DNA of 64,000 bases. Source: Candidatus Latescibacterota bacterium. GTDB taxonomy: Bacteria; Latescibacterota; UBA2968; UBA8231. The notes beneath the pieces are model-generated. The model saw only the letters and a list, made by a program, of their open reading frames with translations. It did no database searches and was not told the DNA's origin. The DNA is taken from positions 1,280,001 through 1,344,000 of the forward strand of contig CBDFJF010000001.1 of NCBI GenBank assembly GCA_965248265.1. The letters are read 5' to 3'. This document shows positions 28,096-38,322 of the stretch, piece after piece (the first letter of the stretch is position 1; each line of letters begins with the position of its first letter). A program made the translations under genes and the position numbers.

Positions 28096-29286
28096 TCACA
28101 CCTTCTGCTTTGTCGTGAGTATCGTCCTGCGGCGATATTCTGTCGAGGAGCGGTAGAGAGCAACGGCGCAGAAAAGGGCGACCAGCATCAGCCCCACGCT
28201 GATCGCGAACGGCTGCGCGGAACTGACGTCCATGAGGTACCCCCCGCCGAGACCGCCGGTGAGCATGCCGGCGCTCCACACGAAGTGGGCAAAACCGACG
28301 AGACGGCCCTGCTCGCCGGGTCTGGCCACCAGCTGGAGGAGGCCCGGCATCGTCGTCGAGAGAGACCAGGCTGATGCGGTCGCCAGCGTGCCGAATACGT
28401 AGATTCCCGTGATCGAATCAGAATAGAAAACCAGACCGAGGGCACTGAGTGTCTCGAGTGCTGCGGCGACGAAGATGGGTCGCCACCTTCCGATTCGGTC
28501 ACAGAGACGGCCGGTGGCGATCTGACAGAGGGCGGCGATGGCGAGTGTGGCAGCGCTGAATGTCGACACGGCCGTGTTCGACTCGGTCAGGCGGAAGATG
28601 AGAAGCGGGAGAATGAGCGTCACGGCTCCCCAGTAGCACGTCGGTAGATAGCGCAGGCCCATAAGGAACCAGATTTCCCGACGTGCACTGAGGGAGGTTC
28701 GCCGCTCTTCCGCTTTGGCCTCCGGTCGATCGGCTTCGATAGCGGGAAGGACAAGACCGGCAACCAGGACAAGCCCGACCGACCCGGCTATGAACAGACG
28801 TCCCAGGTAATCATACCCGTGGGCATCCGCGATGGGACCGGCGAAGAGATTGCCCAGCGACGTGCCCAGGGTGTTGCCGATGAAGTATCCGGCAGAGGCG
28901 GTACCGATACGCTTCGCGCCGACGGCGCTGATGAGATAGCTCTGGCCACCCGCACTGTCGAACCCGGCAGTCACCCCGATGCCGATGCATAAGAGCGCCA
29001 GCGACGCCGGATCCCCGGTCAGGAAGACAGCTCCGCCGATCAGCGGGCCGACCGTGCCGATGAGGTAGGCGCGCTTGGGGCCCCAGCGATCGGCGAGGCG
29101 GCCCGCGATGAGGGCGATGACACCACCAAGGATCAGGAACGTGGATCGTAGTCCAGCCGCGAAGAACGGGCTGCGGGCGAGATCGGCGTCGACGTAGACC
29201 GGCAGCAGCGCGTATCTTGGCGCACTCAGGAAACTGATCAGGAAAGAAACGAAGAGCAGGGCGAGGAAGCGTCGGTTGCGTAGCAT
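28096..29286 (-). CDS. MFS transporter
   Basis: GRLADRWG and GRLCDRIG motifs, with about 12 TM segments. Confidence 0.88.
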   Translation of the reverse strand: MLRNRRFLALLFVSFLISFLSAPRYALLPVYVDADLARSPFFAAGLRSTFLILGGVIALIAGRLADRWGPKRAYLIGTVGPLIGGAVFLTGDPASLALLCIGIGVTAGFDSAGGQSYLISAVGAKRIGTASAGYFIGNTLGTSLGNLFAGPIADAHGYDYLGRLFIAGSVGLVLVAGLVLPAIEADRPEAKAEERRTSLSARREIWFLMGLRYLPTCYWGAVTLILPLLIFRLTESNTAVSTFSAATLAIAALCQIATGRLCDRIGRWRPIFVAAALETLSALGLVFYSDSITGIYVFGTLATASAWSLSTTMPGLLQLVARPGEQGRLVGFAHFVWSAGMLTGGLGGGYLMDVSSAQPFAISVGLMLVALFCAVALYRSSTEYRRRTILTTKQKV

Positions 29287-29416
29287 GGAGCAAATATGCT
29301 GGCACGCGATGGCCGCGTCGATGTGGACGGCAGGGGCTGAGGTTGCCACAACAGGTCGATGTGACGTTTCTTACATGCCTCTATCGTGACAATCACCCCT
29401 TTGGACGGAGGAACGG

Positions 29417-30184
29417 ATGTACCCCAATCCCCTTAAAGAAAAGATTCACTCTGGCAACCTTGTCCTGGGTACGTCGTTGCCAGTGTTTACCCCGCACTTC
29501 GCTGGCGTGGTCATAGCCACGAATCCCGAGTTCCTGTGGATCGATACCGAGCATTCGCCGTATGGGATCGAAGCTCTGGACGTGATTCCGGTTCTGGCGC
29601 GGAACAAGGGAGTGGCCCCCATGATACGGGTCGCGTGGAACGACCCTACACTCATCAAGAAAGCCTACGATGCTGGCGCTGTTGCCGTGATGGTACCGCA
29701 GGTGGATACGGCCGAAGACGCCGCCCGCGCCGTGCAGTACGCCAAGTACCCACCCGAGGGCAATCGTGGACTGACCCCGTCCTGGACGCGGGTGGCGGGT
29801 GAGGACTTCGGTCACGTGATCAGGACCGCCAATGAAGAAACCGTGGTCGTGTTGCAGGTTGAGAGCCGGGAGGCCTTCGACAACCTGGAGGACATGGCCA
29901 AGGTACCTGGAGTGGATGTCCTGTTCGTCGGCCCGCTGGACCTTTCCGCCTCAGTGGGGACGATTACGGAAACGAATTCCGCCCAAGTTCGTGAGATCAT
30001 GAAGGAGGTGCCGCGCATACTCTCCGGCACCCCGGTAGCGCCGGGAACTACCTGCGCCGATGTGGCCGATGCCCAGGAAAAAATCGGGTGGGGGTATCGC
30101 TACGTGAGCGTCAGCCATGTGTTGAACGCAGGGGCACAGCTGGTGAAAAACGCGTTGGAAACCGTCAGAGACAGCGCTCCGTGA
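29417..30184 (+). CDS. HpcH/HpaI aldolase family protein
   Basis: WIDTEH, YPPEGNRG, QVES and FVGPLDLS motifs. Confidence 0.92.
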   Translation: MYPNPLKEKIHSGNLVLGTSLPVFTPHFAGVVIATNPEFLWIDTEHSPYGIEALDVIPVLARNKGVAPMIRVAWNDPTLIKKAYDAGAVAVMVPQVDTAEDAARAVQYAKYPPEGNRGLTPSWTRVAGEDFGHVIRTANEETVVVLQVESREAFDNLEDMAKVPGVDVLFVGPLDLSASVGTITETNSAQVREIMKEVPRILSGTPVAPGTTCADVADAQEKIGWGYRYVSVSHVLNAGAQLVKNALETVRDSAP

Positions 30185-30216
30185 CGGGCACTAGCGCCGC
30201 AAGGCTCTAGTGCCTG
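30185..30216. terminator. GNRA-capped hairpin between convergent genes; also a copy of the GTGCCC(T)GTCACGGA repeat
   Basis: GGCACTAG-C-GCC-[GCAA]-GGC-T-CTAGTGCC lies between and overlapping the stops at 30184 and 30207. Confidence 0.5.
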
Positions 30217-31454
30217 CCAGGTAGATCGAGGCAGACGATCTCCGCCATATTACGCAGGTACAACCGCCCGCCCGCCAGACTGGGCGTCGTCCAGCACCGG
30301 TCGCTCAACACCTGGGCGCTGGTTACCTCCACGTGGGCGTCGGGATTGGCCTCCACCATGGCGAGCTTGCCGTCGTCCCCCAGCACGATCAGGAGGCCAT
30401 CCGCCAGGATGAGGGTACCCTTGCCGTAGCCCCGGGCCTTCCATCGCTCATGGCCGGTCCGGGCATCCACGCACTTGAATATCGCCTCGTCGAAGCCGTA
30501 GATGGCTCCCTGGTGATACACCGACGTGCTGATGTGATTCTTCATTTGTTGGTTGAACCACACTTCCCTCACGCTCGGACCGGCTTCGGTAAGCTCCATC
30601 TGCAACACCGCGCCCCCCATGCCGTAACCGGAAGAAACGAAGACGCGGTCAGGGGCGATGAACACCGGCGTCGCCGGATGTTGGCCGAATTCGGTCGGCC
30701 ATTCGTGGCGCCAGTAAATCTGTCCGCTTGGCGATATTGACACCAGGGCCTTACTCGTAAAGAACAGAAGTTGCCTGAAACCCTGCGCATTCACGGCGAT
30801 CGGTGAGGAGTAGCCGACCGGGTCCCCCCCACTGGCCCACACGAGCTCGCCAGTCATCTTGTCGAAAGCCATGATCGCTCTTTCGTCTCCCCCGACTCCA
30901 GTATTCACCAGCACGGTATTGCCCTCGACAAGCGGCGACCCCGTGAACGCGAAGGCCGGCCGCTTGCGCCCGAACTCTGTGCGCAGATTGTGCTGCCAGA
31001 TCGTGCGACCGGAAGCGGCCTCCAGAGCCAGCAGCTCACCGTGCGCTCCCAGCGCGTAGACGCGGTCCCCATCGACGGTCGGCGTTGACCGCGGTCCGTT
31101 TCCGTACGTCTGCATGAACTTGTCCCCGCTGCGGCGCTTCCAGACTTCACTGCCGTCGGCGGCATCAAGGCTCACCACGAATTCGCCCGATTCGGTGGCA
31201 TGCATCGTGTAGACCCTCGAATTCGCGATCGACAAACCGGAAAAGCCCTCCCCGATGGGTCGGCGCCAGACCTCCTTCGGGCCGCTTTCCGGCCAGGCCC
31301 TTTCCAGACGCGCTGTGCGAGAGACGCCATCCCGGTTCGGGCCGCGCCATTGCGGCCAGTCCTGCGTCCCATCGACGCCCGGCTCATCTCCCGAGTCCCC
31401 ATGGGCGGGAAACCCAATCATCAGCGTGATTACCAGCAAGGCTCTGCGATTCAC
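30207..31454 (-). CDS. Secreted PQQ-binding-like (BamB-like) beta-propeller protein
   Basis: Signal peptide, DWPQWRGPNRDG, repeated D..TG...W units and WTTP...GGRLYLR. Confidence 0.88.
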   Translation of the reverse strand: MNRRALLVITLMIGFPAHGDSGDEPGVDGTQDWPQWRGPNRDGVSRTARLERAWPESGPKEVWRRPIGEGFSGLSIANSRVYTMHATESGEFVVSLDAADGSEVWKRRSGDKFMQTYGNGPRSTPTVDGDRVYALGAHGELLALEAASGRTIWQHNLRTEFGRKRPAFAFTGSPLVEGNTVLVNTGVGGDERAIMAFDKMTGELVWASGGDPVGYSSPIAVNAQGFRQLLFFTSKALVSISPSGQIYWRHEWPTEFGQHPATPVFIAPDRVFVSSGYGMGGAVLQMELTEAGPSVREVWFNQQMKNHISTSVYHQGAIYGFDEAIFKCVDARTGHERWKARGYGKGTLILADGLLIVLGDDGKLAMVEANPDAHVEVTSAQVLSDRCWTTPSLAGGRLYLRNMAEIVCLDLPGRH

Positions 31455-33166
31455 TCAATCCCCCTGCCTTCCACTACCGTGAGGAACTGATTGGCGGCTA
31501 TGTCATCTAACCGATCCATCTCACCGCTCGGCCATCTGATCTCCACCGCATCGGCAATCATTCGATCGCCGAGCCCGAAGCTCACCCTCAGGTCATTCTG
31601 CGACAGATAGCTGTAGCTGCCCCTGACCTCCTTCACCTGGTGCAGGTCCCCCGCCCGAACGGCGATGCGAGCTCCTATGCTGTGCCGTTTGCTTCCGGCC
31701 TCGAGGGCGCTGATCGTCAGCCAGTTGTGGGCGTTGCCCCCATCGTTGCGCAACAGAGACGCCCGCTGGCCTGAGTTACCCACCAGGAAGTCCATGTCGC
31801 CATCGTTGTCATAGTCGCCGAACGCACACCCCCTGCCGACGTTTATCAGACGGAGACCAGGCCCCGCTGAATCAGACACGTCATCATAGCGGTATCGGCC
31901 CCGAACGTCGGGACCGTCGTTGCGCAGCAGCAGATCCTGTTGCGCGTAGGAAGTGAAGGAATCGACGGCTTTCGCTTGGTCTTGGACATGCCCGTTGACG
32001 GCGAGCAGATCCTGGTACCCATCGTTGTCGAAGTCCACAAAGCCGATCCCGAATCCCAACGGCCGCAGACTCGCCAGGCCGATTCCCGAGTTGAAAGCGG
32101 CGTAGGCGAAAAGCAAATTGCCCTTGTTCTCGTACAGGCCGTTGGGTTCATTCTGGAAATTCGTGACCACGATATCCATGTCGCCGTCATTGTCATAGTC
32201 GCCCGCATCCACTCCCATGCCGGCTTCTTTCTGACCGTCACGGCCGTAGGCGACGCCCGCCAATGCCGCGATCTCCCGGAACGATCCGTCCCCCGCGTTG
32301 TGGTAGAGGAAATTCTTCACAGCGTCGTTGGCCACGTAGATGTCTACCAGGCCGTCGGCGTCAAAGTCTGAGGCCACGACTCCCAATCCCCGGCCCTCGG
32401 TGTCAACGGTATCCACCAGGCCGGCACGCTCTGTCGCATCGACGAACACACCGCCCTCGTTGCGGTAGAGGATATCTGCCGCGCCCTTGAAATTGACCGG
32501 ATGTGGATAGGTTTTGAGATCGCGCACGGAGGTGGATCCGGCGACGTAGGGCTGCAGCAGCTTGCGGGCGGCGTACGACAGATCGTAGCGCACATAGTTG
32601 GCGACATACAAATCCAGGTCGCCGTCGTTGTCATAGTCCAGGAATGCCGCCGAGGTACTCCAGTTGGTATCCCCGACCGCTGCCTGTGCGGTGGCATCGG
32701 CGAAACGACCGTCCCCCTCGTTTCGATAGATCACGTTGGCGCCGTAGTTGGTCACGTACAGATCGAGGCGGCCGTCGTTGTCGTAGTCAGCTGCGGCACA
32801 GCCCATCCCGTAGCCACCGTCGTCGGCTCCTGCTGCTGAGCTGACGTTCTCGAATGTCCCATCGCCCCGGTTGCGGTAAAGGGCGTTGCCGGCACCGGCG
32901 GCGTCGGGATAGCCGGGGAATGGTGCACCGTTGACCATATAAGCATCCACAAACCCATCCCCGTCATAGTCGACGAAGGCGACGCCCCCTCCCATCGTCT
33001 CGGGAAAATACTTGCGGCCACTCGCACCGTTGACATGCACGAAATCGATTCCGGCCTGCCCGGCTACGTCGACGAATTCGACCTGCGCCGTTTCCGCGGC
33101 CACGAATCGATCGGGCGATACCAGCAACGAAAAGGAGATACCTGCGCGGACAAACCAACTGTTCAT
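31451..33166 (-). CDS. CRTAC1 family protein (FG-GAP/VCBS repeats plus ASPIC/UnbV domain)
   Basis: Repeated DYDNDGxxD motifs, then YLSQND...FGLG...IRWPSG. Confidence 0.92.
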   Translation of the reverse strand: MNSWFVRAGISFSLLVSPDRFVAAETAQVEFVDVAGQAGIDFVHVNGASGRKYFPETMGGGVAFVDYDGDGFVDAYMVNGAPFPGYPDAAGAGNALYRNRGDGTFENVSSAAGADDGGYGMGCAAADYDNDGRLDLYVTNYGANVIYRNEGDGRFADATAQAAVGDTNWSTSAAFLDYDNDGDLDLYVANYVRYDLSYAARKLLQPYVAGSTSVRDLKTYPHPVNFKGAADILYRNEGGVFVDATERAGLVDTVDTEGRGLGVVASDFDADGLVDIYVANDAVKNFLYHNAGDGSFREIAALAGVAYGRDGQKEAGMGVDAGDYDNDGDMDIVVTNFQNEPNGLYENKGNLLFAYAAFNSGIGLASLRPLGFGIGFVDFDNDGYQDLLAVNGHVQDQAKAVDSFTSYAQQDLLLRNDGPDVRGRYRYDDVSDSAGPGLRLINVGRGCAFGDYDNDGDMDFLVGNSGQRASLLRNDGGNAHNWLTISALEAGSKRHSIGARIAVRAGDLHQVKEVRGSYSYLSQNDLRVSFGLGDRMIADAVEIRWPSGEMDRLDDIAANQFLTVVEGRGIE

Positions 33167-33234
33167 GTGTGTACGCTCTCTACTTCACTTTAACGCGAGT
33201 GACCGTGTTGCCGAACTGGCGGACCCAGATGACC

Positions 33235-35454
33235 TCAATCCGGCTGCCCGGCGATCGCCCAGACGTGCTCCAGTGTGCGGACGATGAGCATATTGCCGGA
33301 GATCGCCGGAGTCGCAATGACGATCTCGCCCATCGGGTTCTTGGCCAGCAGCTCGAACTCGCGGCTGTGACGTACCACATAGACGTCTCCCTCTTCGCTG
33401 GCGATGTAGAGACGGCCCGCAGCGGCTACTGGGGAGGCCGAGAACGCGGCGCCGCCTCGACCGGCGACGCGCTCGCGGAAAATCCGCTGACCTGTTCTGG
33501 CATCGAAGGCAGTTAGAATACCATTGTTTGCCAGGGTGTAGAGGTGATCGCCGTAAACCAGGGGCGTCGGCACGTAGGTGCCGCCCCCGGTCTTGCGCCA
33601 GGCGATGTGGCGGCTGGACTCCTCGCCCTTGGCGAGCGAGATGTCTCCGCGGCCGCCGGGACGGATGGCGTAGGTGCCCCGCACCGGCGCCCAACCGCCG
33701 GTGACGAAGGCCAGGCCGTGACCGGTGACCACCGAACCCACCGTGATCTCGGAGTGCGGGCCCATGCTCCACAGTTCGCGGCCGGTGTCGGCGTCATAGC
33801 CGCGAATCCGGCGGCTGCCGTTGGTGACGATCTCCATGCCCTCGGGCCCCTCGATCAGGGCCGGCGTCCCCCAGGATGGCAGGTTGTCTCGCGATGTCCT
33901 CCAGACCTCGCTGCCGTCCTCCAGGGAGTAGGCGGCGATGAACGGGTCCTTGGCGCGGTCGATCTGGACGATCACGCGGTCGCCGTGGAGGATCGGCGAG
34001 CTGGCGTGCCCCCACTCGAATCCGGAGTCGTAGAACCAGCCGACGCTGAGAGTGCCGAGGTCGCGGCGCCACAGAAGCTTGCCCTCCACGTCGTAGCAGA
34101 AGAGGCCCTCCGAGCCCAGCATCGCCACCACGCGACGCCCGTCGGTCACCGGTGTGGCGTTGACCTGCGAGGCCTTCATGTGGTGCTTCGCTCGCGGTGC
34201 TCCCTCCTGGGCGACTCGCTCCCACACGATCTCGCCGTTCGAGCGGTCGAGGGCTACAAGACGCCAGCTGTAGTCGGCTGCGATCTCCGCCAAGTCCGGA
34301 TCGCCGTAGACACCGATTCGCAAGGGTTTCTCCTCGGCGCCGTAGACGGCTGTTGCCAGGTAGATCCGATCGCCCCAGACGATCGTGCTGGCGTGGCCGC
34401 GGCCGGCGACCGGTGTCTTCCACAGAATGTCGGTGCCGTCCTCGATGTTCCAGGTCAGCGGCGGCGTGCCCCGGGCGGTACCAGTGGTGGCGACACCGCG
34501 GAATCCCGTCCAATTCTGCTCTGCAACGCCAGCCGGCACGACCGGCTCCGTCGCCACGGTCTTCTCCGCCGGTTCGGCGATGGCCTCGGTCCTGGCGTCC
34601 CCCTGTGGAGCGGCGCTGACTTCCTCACGGATAAAACGGCGGGGAGTGTCGAAGTTCCCCTGCATGAGCCGCGCGGCCTTGACCGTTTCGCCCTCGACCT
34701 CGATCTCGATCTCGACAAACGTGCCCCCTCGCTGGCGAAAGCGGGTGTCATCGAGGGCTTCCAGGGGGAAGGTCTTACCCCGCACGGTGCCGGAGAGCAG
34801 ACCGGCGGCGTAGAACAGCTCGAGCTTGATTGTCCTCTGCCGCTCGAAGGCGTAGACTCCGGCGTAGCGGGCGAGGAGGTCGGACGAGATTTCGTATGTG
34901 CTCGGCGGCGGCAGCTCGGCGCCCGCGGCCTCGAGCGCAGCGGCGACTTCCTTCGCCTCGTCGAGCTTAGCTCGCGACAGGGCGGCGGTGAGCATCTGGG
35001 GTGAAAGCTTGCCCGTGCCGATCAGTGCCTTCACGGCCTCGACATTTTTGTTGACGATCGCGCCCATGATCGCGTCTTCTATATCCTCTCCGTGCTCGAC
35101 GAGCAGAACGATGACGTCAGGGTGGCCGCGTTGGCTCGCCCAGGTCATGGCGTTGGCGCGGTACAGGTTGTCGCGGTGGGCCAGGTCGGCACCGCGCCCG
35201 ATGAGCAGGCGGACGACGTCAGAGTGGCCCCATCCGGCAGCGTACATCAGGGCCGTGACGTCGTACTGATTGACGGTGTCCACCGGAACACCGGAGTCGA
35301 GCAGCTGGCGCACCTTCTCTATGTCGCCGGCGCGAGCTGCGTCATGGAGGGCGTCTGCCCGTTCATCCGCGAGCACCGGAAGGCGGGTGCCCGGGACACC
35401 GGCCATCAGGAAGCAGAGAGTGAACACGGGGATTGGATGAGATAAGCTTTTCAT
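33235..35454 (-). CDS. Secreted ankyrin-repeat plus PQQ-like beta-propeller protein
   Basis: Ankyrin units (LHDAARAG, TALMYAAGWGH, AMTWASQRGH), then NWTGFRG and PQQ-propeller repeats. Confidence 0.88.
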   Translation of the reverse strand: MKSLSHPIPVFTLCFLMAGVPGTRLPVLADERADALHDAARAGDIEKVRQLLDSGVPVDTVNQYDVTALMYAAGWGHSDVVRLLIGRGADLAHRDNLYRANAMTWASQRGHPDVIVLLVEHGEDIEDAIMGAIVNKNVEAVKALIGTGKLSPQMLTAALSRAKLDEAKEVAAALEAAGAELPPPSTYEISSDLLARYAGVYAFERQRTIKLELFYAAGLLSGTVRGKTFPLEALDDTRFRQRGGTFVEIEIEVEGETVKAARLMQGNFDTPRRFIREEVSAAPQGDARTEAIAEPAEKTVATEPVVPAGVAEQNWTGFRGVATTGTARGTPPLTWNIEDGTDILWKTPVAGRGHASTIVWGDRIYLATAVYGAEEKPLRIGVYGDPDLAEIAADYSWRLVALDRSNGEIVWERVAQEGAPRAKHHMKASQVNATPVTDGRRVVAMLGSEGLFCYDVEGKLLWRRDLGTLSVGWFYDSGFEWGHASSPILHGDRVIVQIDRAKDPFIAAYSLEDGSEVWRTSRDNLPSWGTPALIEGPEGMEIVTNGSRRIRGYDADTGRELWSMGPHSEITVGSVVTGHGLAFVTGGWAPVRGTYAIRPGGRGDISLAKGEESSRHIAWRKTGGGTYVPTPLVYGDHLYTLANNGILTAFDARTGQRIFRERVAGRGGAAFSASPVAAAGRLYIASEEGDVYVVRHSREFELLAKNPMGEIVIATPAISGNMLIVRTLEHVWAIAGQPD

Positions 35455-35472
35455 GTTCGCCTGGAATCCGTT

Positions 35473-36693
35473 TTAGTCCGGGAGTTGCTCGCGCATTTTG
35501 TAGGCGTGGAGCGCATGGGCTGCGTCTCCCACCAACTCGTGATAGGTGTTGCGGTCTCTGCGCTGGATCGGCCTCAGGCGGTCGAAAGTCTTCAGTTTGT
35601 GAAGCTGCTTGGCGGTGTCCTCAAGCTCCTCAAAGGCCTTATCCAGGGGGGCCCGATCCAGAACCCCCAGTTGGATCGCCCGCAGGTAAGTTTCGAGTCC
35701 ATGGCCGAGGAGCTTGAGTCGTTGGGAGAGGACCTCGTCCTCAAACTTCTGGAGCTTGCTCGCGTTGGAGCTGAACTTCCGGCGCACTTGGACCAGTGTC
35801 CGCTCCCAGTATGCTGACTCCGCGTTCAGGCGGTAGAGGCCAATCTCGTACTGCTCCTTCAAGAGCGCTGGGAGCGTCTTACCGTGCATGCGCTGCACCG
35901 ACTGGAAGAGGTGGAGTCCTTCACAGTAGTAGCGGTGGATTTCAGCCGGTTGGGGCCTTCCGTCCTTCAGGATCGCGGCCTTCTCATAGGTTTCGCTGTC
36001 CCCCTCGCCGCTCATGTATGCCTTGAAGTAGGCCTGGTTCTGCGCGAGGACCTCGAGCGCTTCCGCGCGCACCTTGACGACGAGCTGCTCCAGCTCAGGA
36101 TCCCCTTGCTCGGCAGCGCCAGCCACCACCTCGAGCAGCCACGCATGGTTGTGGAAGGCCGGTCCGCCGCTCGACAGCAACATGCCGGGCCGATAGCGCC
36201 GAGCATAGCCCACCACGAGGTCTGCGAAACTGACCTCGCGGTCCTTGAGCTTGAAATGGGTCGAGGGCGGGACGCCAACCTCGAGGAGCGTTTTGAAGAA
36301 CAGACCGGGGTGTGACTCGATTGGGAAGTTGTCCTCGGTGCGCAGGAGAAAGGCGGGCTCGCCCTTGGTGTTGTAGTAGAGGTTGTCCTCGACCAGCCGC
36401 CGGTATGCGAGGTCTCCCGACTCCAGGCGCAGCTCCAGGCCGTAGACGAGGATCCCGTGGGCCATAGTCCAGGGGTCGTTCGGGTTGAGGCAGTGCTCCT
36501 GCACGACCGCTTCCAGGATCTCTTCGCCCGAGAGCTCCCTGGGCGGTCTCTTCGTCTTGGCGTCTCCCTCCCGCTGCCCCCCTTCGGGGCAGCCTATCAG
36601 GGTGAGCCCCGCGACCAACGACAACGCCGCGCTCAGACGCCGCCTCACGGCGAATCCGGTGCGGGCTCTACGCTGCTCTGCACGCTTGATCAC
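35473..36693 (-). CDS. Hypothetical protein, putative lipoprotein
   Basis: LIGC lipobox-like signal. Conserved-looking PWTMAHG, ESHP, CEGLH and VGDAAHA motifs. Confidence 0.75.
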   Translation of the reverse strand: MIKRAEQRRARTGFAVRRRLSAALSLVAGLTLIGCPEGGQREGDAKTKRPPRELSGEEILEAVVQEHCLNPNDPWTMAHGILVYGLELRLESGDLAYRRLVEDNLYYNTKGEPAFLLRTEDNFPIESHPGLFFKTLLEVGVPPSTHFKLKDREVSFADLVVGYARRYRPGMLLSSGGPAFHNHAWLLEVVAGAAEQGDPELEQLVVKVRAEALEVLAQNQAYFKAYMSGEGDSETYEKAAILKDGRPQPAEIHRYYCEGLHLFQSVQRMHGKTLPALLKEQYEIGLYRLNAESAYWERTLVQVRRKFSSNASKLQKFEDEVLSQRLKLLGHGLETYLRAIQLGVLDRAPLDKAFEELEDTAKQLHKLKTFDRLRPIQRRDRNTYHELVGDAAHALHAYKMREQLPD

Positions 36694-38322
36694 TCAACTG
36701 TCGTCCCGGATGGAAAGTGAAGTGAGCCTCTCTCCTACCGCCCAGGGCTGGCGGCAAGGTACGCCCCGTTCGTACCTCCACAGACGCTGCCGGATCCAGC
36801 CGAAGTCACCGGCAGCGGACTCGACCCGCGCCAGAGCCGCCTGCTGCCAGCGGATCGCCTCTCCGAAACGCCCCAGTTCGGCCACTGCCATGGCGAGCGT
36901 CTCGGCATCGGCAACGGTCTCGGTCCCCCGCACGGACTCGCTGGCCATCTCCAACGCAACCAGGCCGTCGCGTCGCGATGCTTCCGGCATCGTCGCCAGC
37001 AGCCGTGCCAACAGCATCTTGAGCTCGCGGCTCGCGCGTAGCGCCCTGACATCTTCCTCCACGCTGGCCAGAGCCTGCTCGAAGCGCTCAAGCCGCATCA
37101 GGGCGACGACGGCTCCAAAGCGCGCAGACACCAGTTCGGGTCGCAGTTCCCGGGCGCGCCGGTAGCTCGCCAGCGCTTCTTCGAGACGGCCTCGATCGAA
37201 GAGCAACCCCGCCAGTGCCAGGTGAACGCGCTCTGAATGCGGATCGAGCTCGAGTGCCCGGCGCAAATGATGCTCGGCCGGCTCGTACTCACCATCACCT
37301 GTGAGGACCTGGGCTAGCAGTAGGCGGCTGAGGGTGTAGTCGGGCGCCCGTTCGACGAGTTCCTCGAGCTGCTCGAGCGCCTCCTGTCGCCGGTCGAGCT
37401 CGAGCAAGGCTGCAGCGAGATTGTACCGCACTCGCGGCTGCTCTGGATCTGCTGCTAGAGCCCGCTCGTACTCACCCACCGCCGCATCGAAGAGGCCGCG
37501 GTGGGCAGCCGTCATGCCGCGTTTGACGTAAACCTGGGTGCCGTCGCGCAGATTGCCCAGTTCCACCATGAGCGGATCTGAGAGTGCGACGGGAATGTGC
37601 CCCTGACGGGAGGCCCGGTCGAAGAAGGTCGCGGCACGCTCCTTCTCTCCCAGGCTGCGGTACGCCAACCCCAGGGCGTAGTGGATCTGAGAGGCTTGCG
37701 GTTGCTCGGTTAGCGCCTTTTCCAGCTCGCCGATCGCCGGCGTGAATTCGCCGGTTTCGAGGGCCACCCGGGCGAGGCCGACGCGGGCTGCGACACAGCG
37801 CGGATCAGCCTCGAGAGCCTGCCGGAAGTGGCGACGAGCGCCTTCGAGGTGGTGCTGCTCAAGCTCGACTTCGCCCAGCCACACCAGACTCGGAATGTCG
37901 AAGGGCCGCAGCGCCAACCCCTGCTCAAAGGCCGCGGTGGCAGCGCTGTAGTTGCCGAGCGTTCGCTCAACTTGTGCCAGAAGATAGGCCCAGCGAAACG
38001 TCGCCGGACTCAGCGAACATGCGTTTATGTAGCAGATTCGCGCCGGCTCCAACTCTCCGTACGTGTGGAAAACCTGACCCAGCTGCCCATAGCCTCGAGC
38101 CAGCAGCTCTGGCTCGGTTCCGCCTGCTCGCAACAGGCGTGAAACCGCAGCGTGTTGCCGCCGCAGTTGCTCACGCGGCTCCGGGTCGAGGCTGGCGAGA
38201 TCGGGCAAGGGCGGCAGGGACAGGAGCTCGGCCTGTCGTGCATCCGGTGACTGCTCAGAAGAGCCGCAGCCCGCGAGCAAAGCCATCGAGAGCGTTGCGA
38301 CGACGGCGTAGATCCCGCTCAT
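36694..38322 (-). CDS. Tetratricopeptide repeat lipoprotein
   Basis: LLAGC lipobox, multiple TPR units and a C-terminal LARLLAT...RDG..AL..A...AIRWQ cap. Confidence 0.88.
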   Translation of the reverse strand: MSGIYAVVATLSMALLAGCGSSEQSPDARQAELLSLPPLPDLASLDPEPREQLRRQHAAVSRLLRAGGTEPELLARGYGQLGQVFHTYGELEPARICYINACSLSPATFRWAYLLAQVERTLGNYSAATAAFEQGLALRPFDIPSLVWLGEVELEQHHLEGARRHFRQALEADPRCVAARVGLARVALETGEFTPAIGELEKALTEQPQASQIHYALGLAYRSLGEKERAATFFDRASRQGHIPVALSDPLMVELGNLRDGTQVYVKRGMTAAHRGLFDAAVGEYERALAADPEQPRVRYNLAAALLELDRRQEALEQLEELVERAPDYTLSRLLLAQVLTGDGEYEPAEHHLRRALELDPHSERVHLALAGLLFDRGRLEEALASYRRARELRPELVSARFGAVVALMRLERFEQALASVEEDVRALRASRELKMLLARLLATMPEASRRDGLVALEMASESVRGTETVADAETLAMAVAELGRFGEAIRWQQAALARVESAAGDFGWIRQRLWRYERGVPCRQPWAVGERLTSLSIRDDS

